Source: a virus (lineage: Duplodnaviria; Caudoviricetes). Taken from it: DNA of 58,475 nucleotides. Of this stretch, positions 57,326 through 58,475 are shown piece by piece. The notes below the pieces were generated by a model, which was given only the letters and a program-made list of their open reading frames with translations, searched no databases and was not told the origin of the DNA. How positions within the stretch are numbered: the first letter of the stretch is position 1; each line of letters begins with the position of its first letter. The DNA is taken from IMG/VR virus record IMGVR_UViG_3300009158_003990, positions 1-58,475 of that record; one strand, given 5' to 3'. Position numbers and translations under genes: made by a program.

Positions 57326-57994
57326 ATGTTAAGTGAAGAAGATATCAAGGAAAAACCAGACATCAACAGTAGGGATTGGAACGAATATGTTCTATCTCAT
57401 TTTGGACCTGACGAATTGGCAGATGGAAATCCAACTGTGGATGGACTAAGAAGAGTCTCAGGACTTCTTTTAGGGCCAATAATTAGCGGGATAGCTAAAG
57501 TAATACAGTCGCCAAATCCTCAGAATGACAATCGTTGTGTTGTAGAATATACATGCACAATTATGTTTGGTGAAAGGTTGTTAACGCAGACTAGTGTTGC
57601 TGACTGCTACCCAGGCAATTGCGACCACCGTTTTGCTGTCTATTCTTCTGCAATAGCTGAAACTAGGGCTGAAGGTCGATCATTGAGGAAATTGCTAAAA
57701 TTACGCAAAGTAATCGCTGCTGAAGAAGCGGGGCTAGTTCCTCTTGAAGAAACTGGAGTTAATGGTAAGATAACTCCTACGCAGATGAATTTTATTGAAA
57801 CTCTCTGCCAAAGAAATGATATCAATGTACCAGTTTATTTGGGTGCAGCAAAAGACTTTAACTTTAATGGCAAGCTTGAAGAAATACCATATAAGTCAGC
57901 AGTCGCTGTAATATCTCATTTATCCGAAATGCAAAGAAATCAAGCGTCTATTAATGTTAAGTTCAAGGGCTATAACTCTAACTGGAGGAAGTAA
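57326..57994 (+). CDS. putative single-strand annealing protein (Rad52/Sak-like)
   Basis: AIAETRAEGRSLRK motif; C-terminal IT..Q..FI..L. Confidence 0.45.
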   Translation: MLSEEDIKEKPDINSRDWNEYVLSHFGPDELADGNPTVDGLRRVSGLLLGPIISGIAKVIQSPNPQNDNRCVVEYTCTIMFGERLLTQTSVADCYPGNCDHRFAVYSSAIAETRAEGRSLRKLLKLRKVIAAEEAGLVPLEETGVNGKITPTQMNFIETLCQRNDINVPVYLGAAKDFNFNGKLEEIPYKSAVAVISHLSEMQRNQASINVKFKGYNSNWRK

Positions 57995-57996
57995 TT

Positions 57997-58365
57997 ATGA
58001 AGGCTATTATCCCAACAAAGTTTTGCACAATTGAAATAGATTGTGATTCGGTAAAAGATGTGTTTAGAGAAGTAGGAGGCATCTCTGAAATCTTTAATGA
58101 AGAAAAGTGCGGATTGTGTGGTAACACAGCAATTATGCCAAAAACTAGATCTGTAGAAAAAAATAAAAAAGTTTACGAATATTTTGAGATGGGTTGCACC
58201 AATTCAAAGTGTAGAGCTAGACTTTCTTATGGTCAAAGACAAGATGGTGGTGGCATCTTCCCTGTTAGGAAGCTTGATGCTAATGGTAAACCAGACCGTG
58301 AAACAGGTGCTTACGGACCACATAATGGTTGGAGTAAGTATCGAGGCGAGAACAAAGATGAGTGA
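57997..58365 (+). CDS. zinc-ribbon hypothetical protein
   Basis: CGLC...CTNSKC. Confidence 0.6.
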   Translation: MKAIIPTKFCTIEIDCDSVKDVFREVGGISEIFNEEKCGLCGNTAIMPKTRSVEKNKKVYEYFEMGCTNSKCRARLSYGQRQDGGGIFPVRKLDANGKPDRETGAYGPHNGWSKYRGENKDE

Positions 58366-58465
58366 TATTGCAGTAGATGTTAGCTCTTTGAGTACAGAAG
58401 AGCTTAAAAAAGAACTCCTTTGGCTTGACGGTTATGATACCGAATGGTCAAAGGAGATTTCTAAA
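58358..58465 (+). CDS. small hypothetical peptide (35 aa)
   Basis: Overlaps upstream stop; MSDIAVDVSSLSTEELKKELLWLDGYDTEWSKGDF*. Confidence 0.3.
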
Positions 58466-58475
58466 TTAATTAAAG

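Noticed and set aside
1-58475. CRISPR array, tRNA, rRNA or tmRNA genes
   Set aside because: No regularly spaced repeats or cloverleaf/tmRNA termini seen; GGTTCAAA at about 13403 lacks a proper T-stem and acceptor stem
1-58475. Genome-wide stop-codon reassignment
   Set aside because: Long genes are intact in the standard code, and TAA, TAG and TGA all end genes directly before the next start

Overview
AT-rich, gene-dense, almost entirely + strand segment of a large dsDNA (probably jumbo) phage genome. A DUF1501-family gene fragment at the left edge suggests a Planctomycetota-type host (inference). No structural genes, tRNAs or CRISPR arrays were recognised. It holds a replication/recombination module (RecA with an Ala-start class-3-like intein, DnaB, DnaG, dNMP kinase, Cas4-like nuclease, a DnaE split into two genes around a DEDDh exonuclease, SSB, PhoH), nucleotide metabolism genes (ThyX, class II NrdJ), a sigma factor and a peptide deformylase. 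About 15 glycosyltransferase-like genes are present. Best candidates for novelty: (1) a six-to-eight gene ACP-dependent N-acyl amino-sugar operon (DegT aminotransferase, VioB-like acyltransferase, ACP, adenylating enzyme, FabG-like reductase, GTs, methyltransferase); (2) a C5 DNA methyltransferase coupled to a CmoA-like SAM enzyme; (3) the intein-free split DnaE; (4) a ~290 nt highly structured non-coding region with an RBS-sequestering alternative fold; (5) a recurring GTGTAT promoter-like motif, once in the loop of a hairpin masking an HNH endonuclease RBS; (6) a possible CxxU selenopeptide. All calls come from motif reading by eye; no database searches or folding programs were run.
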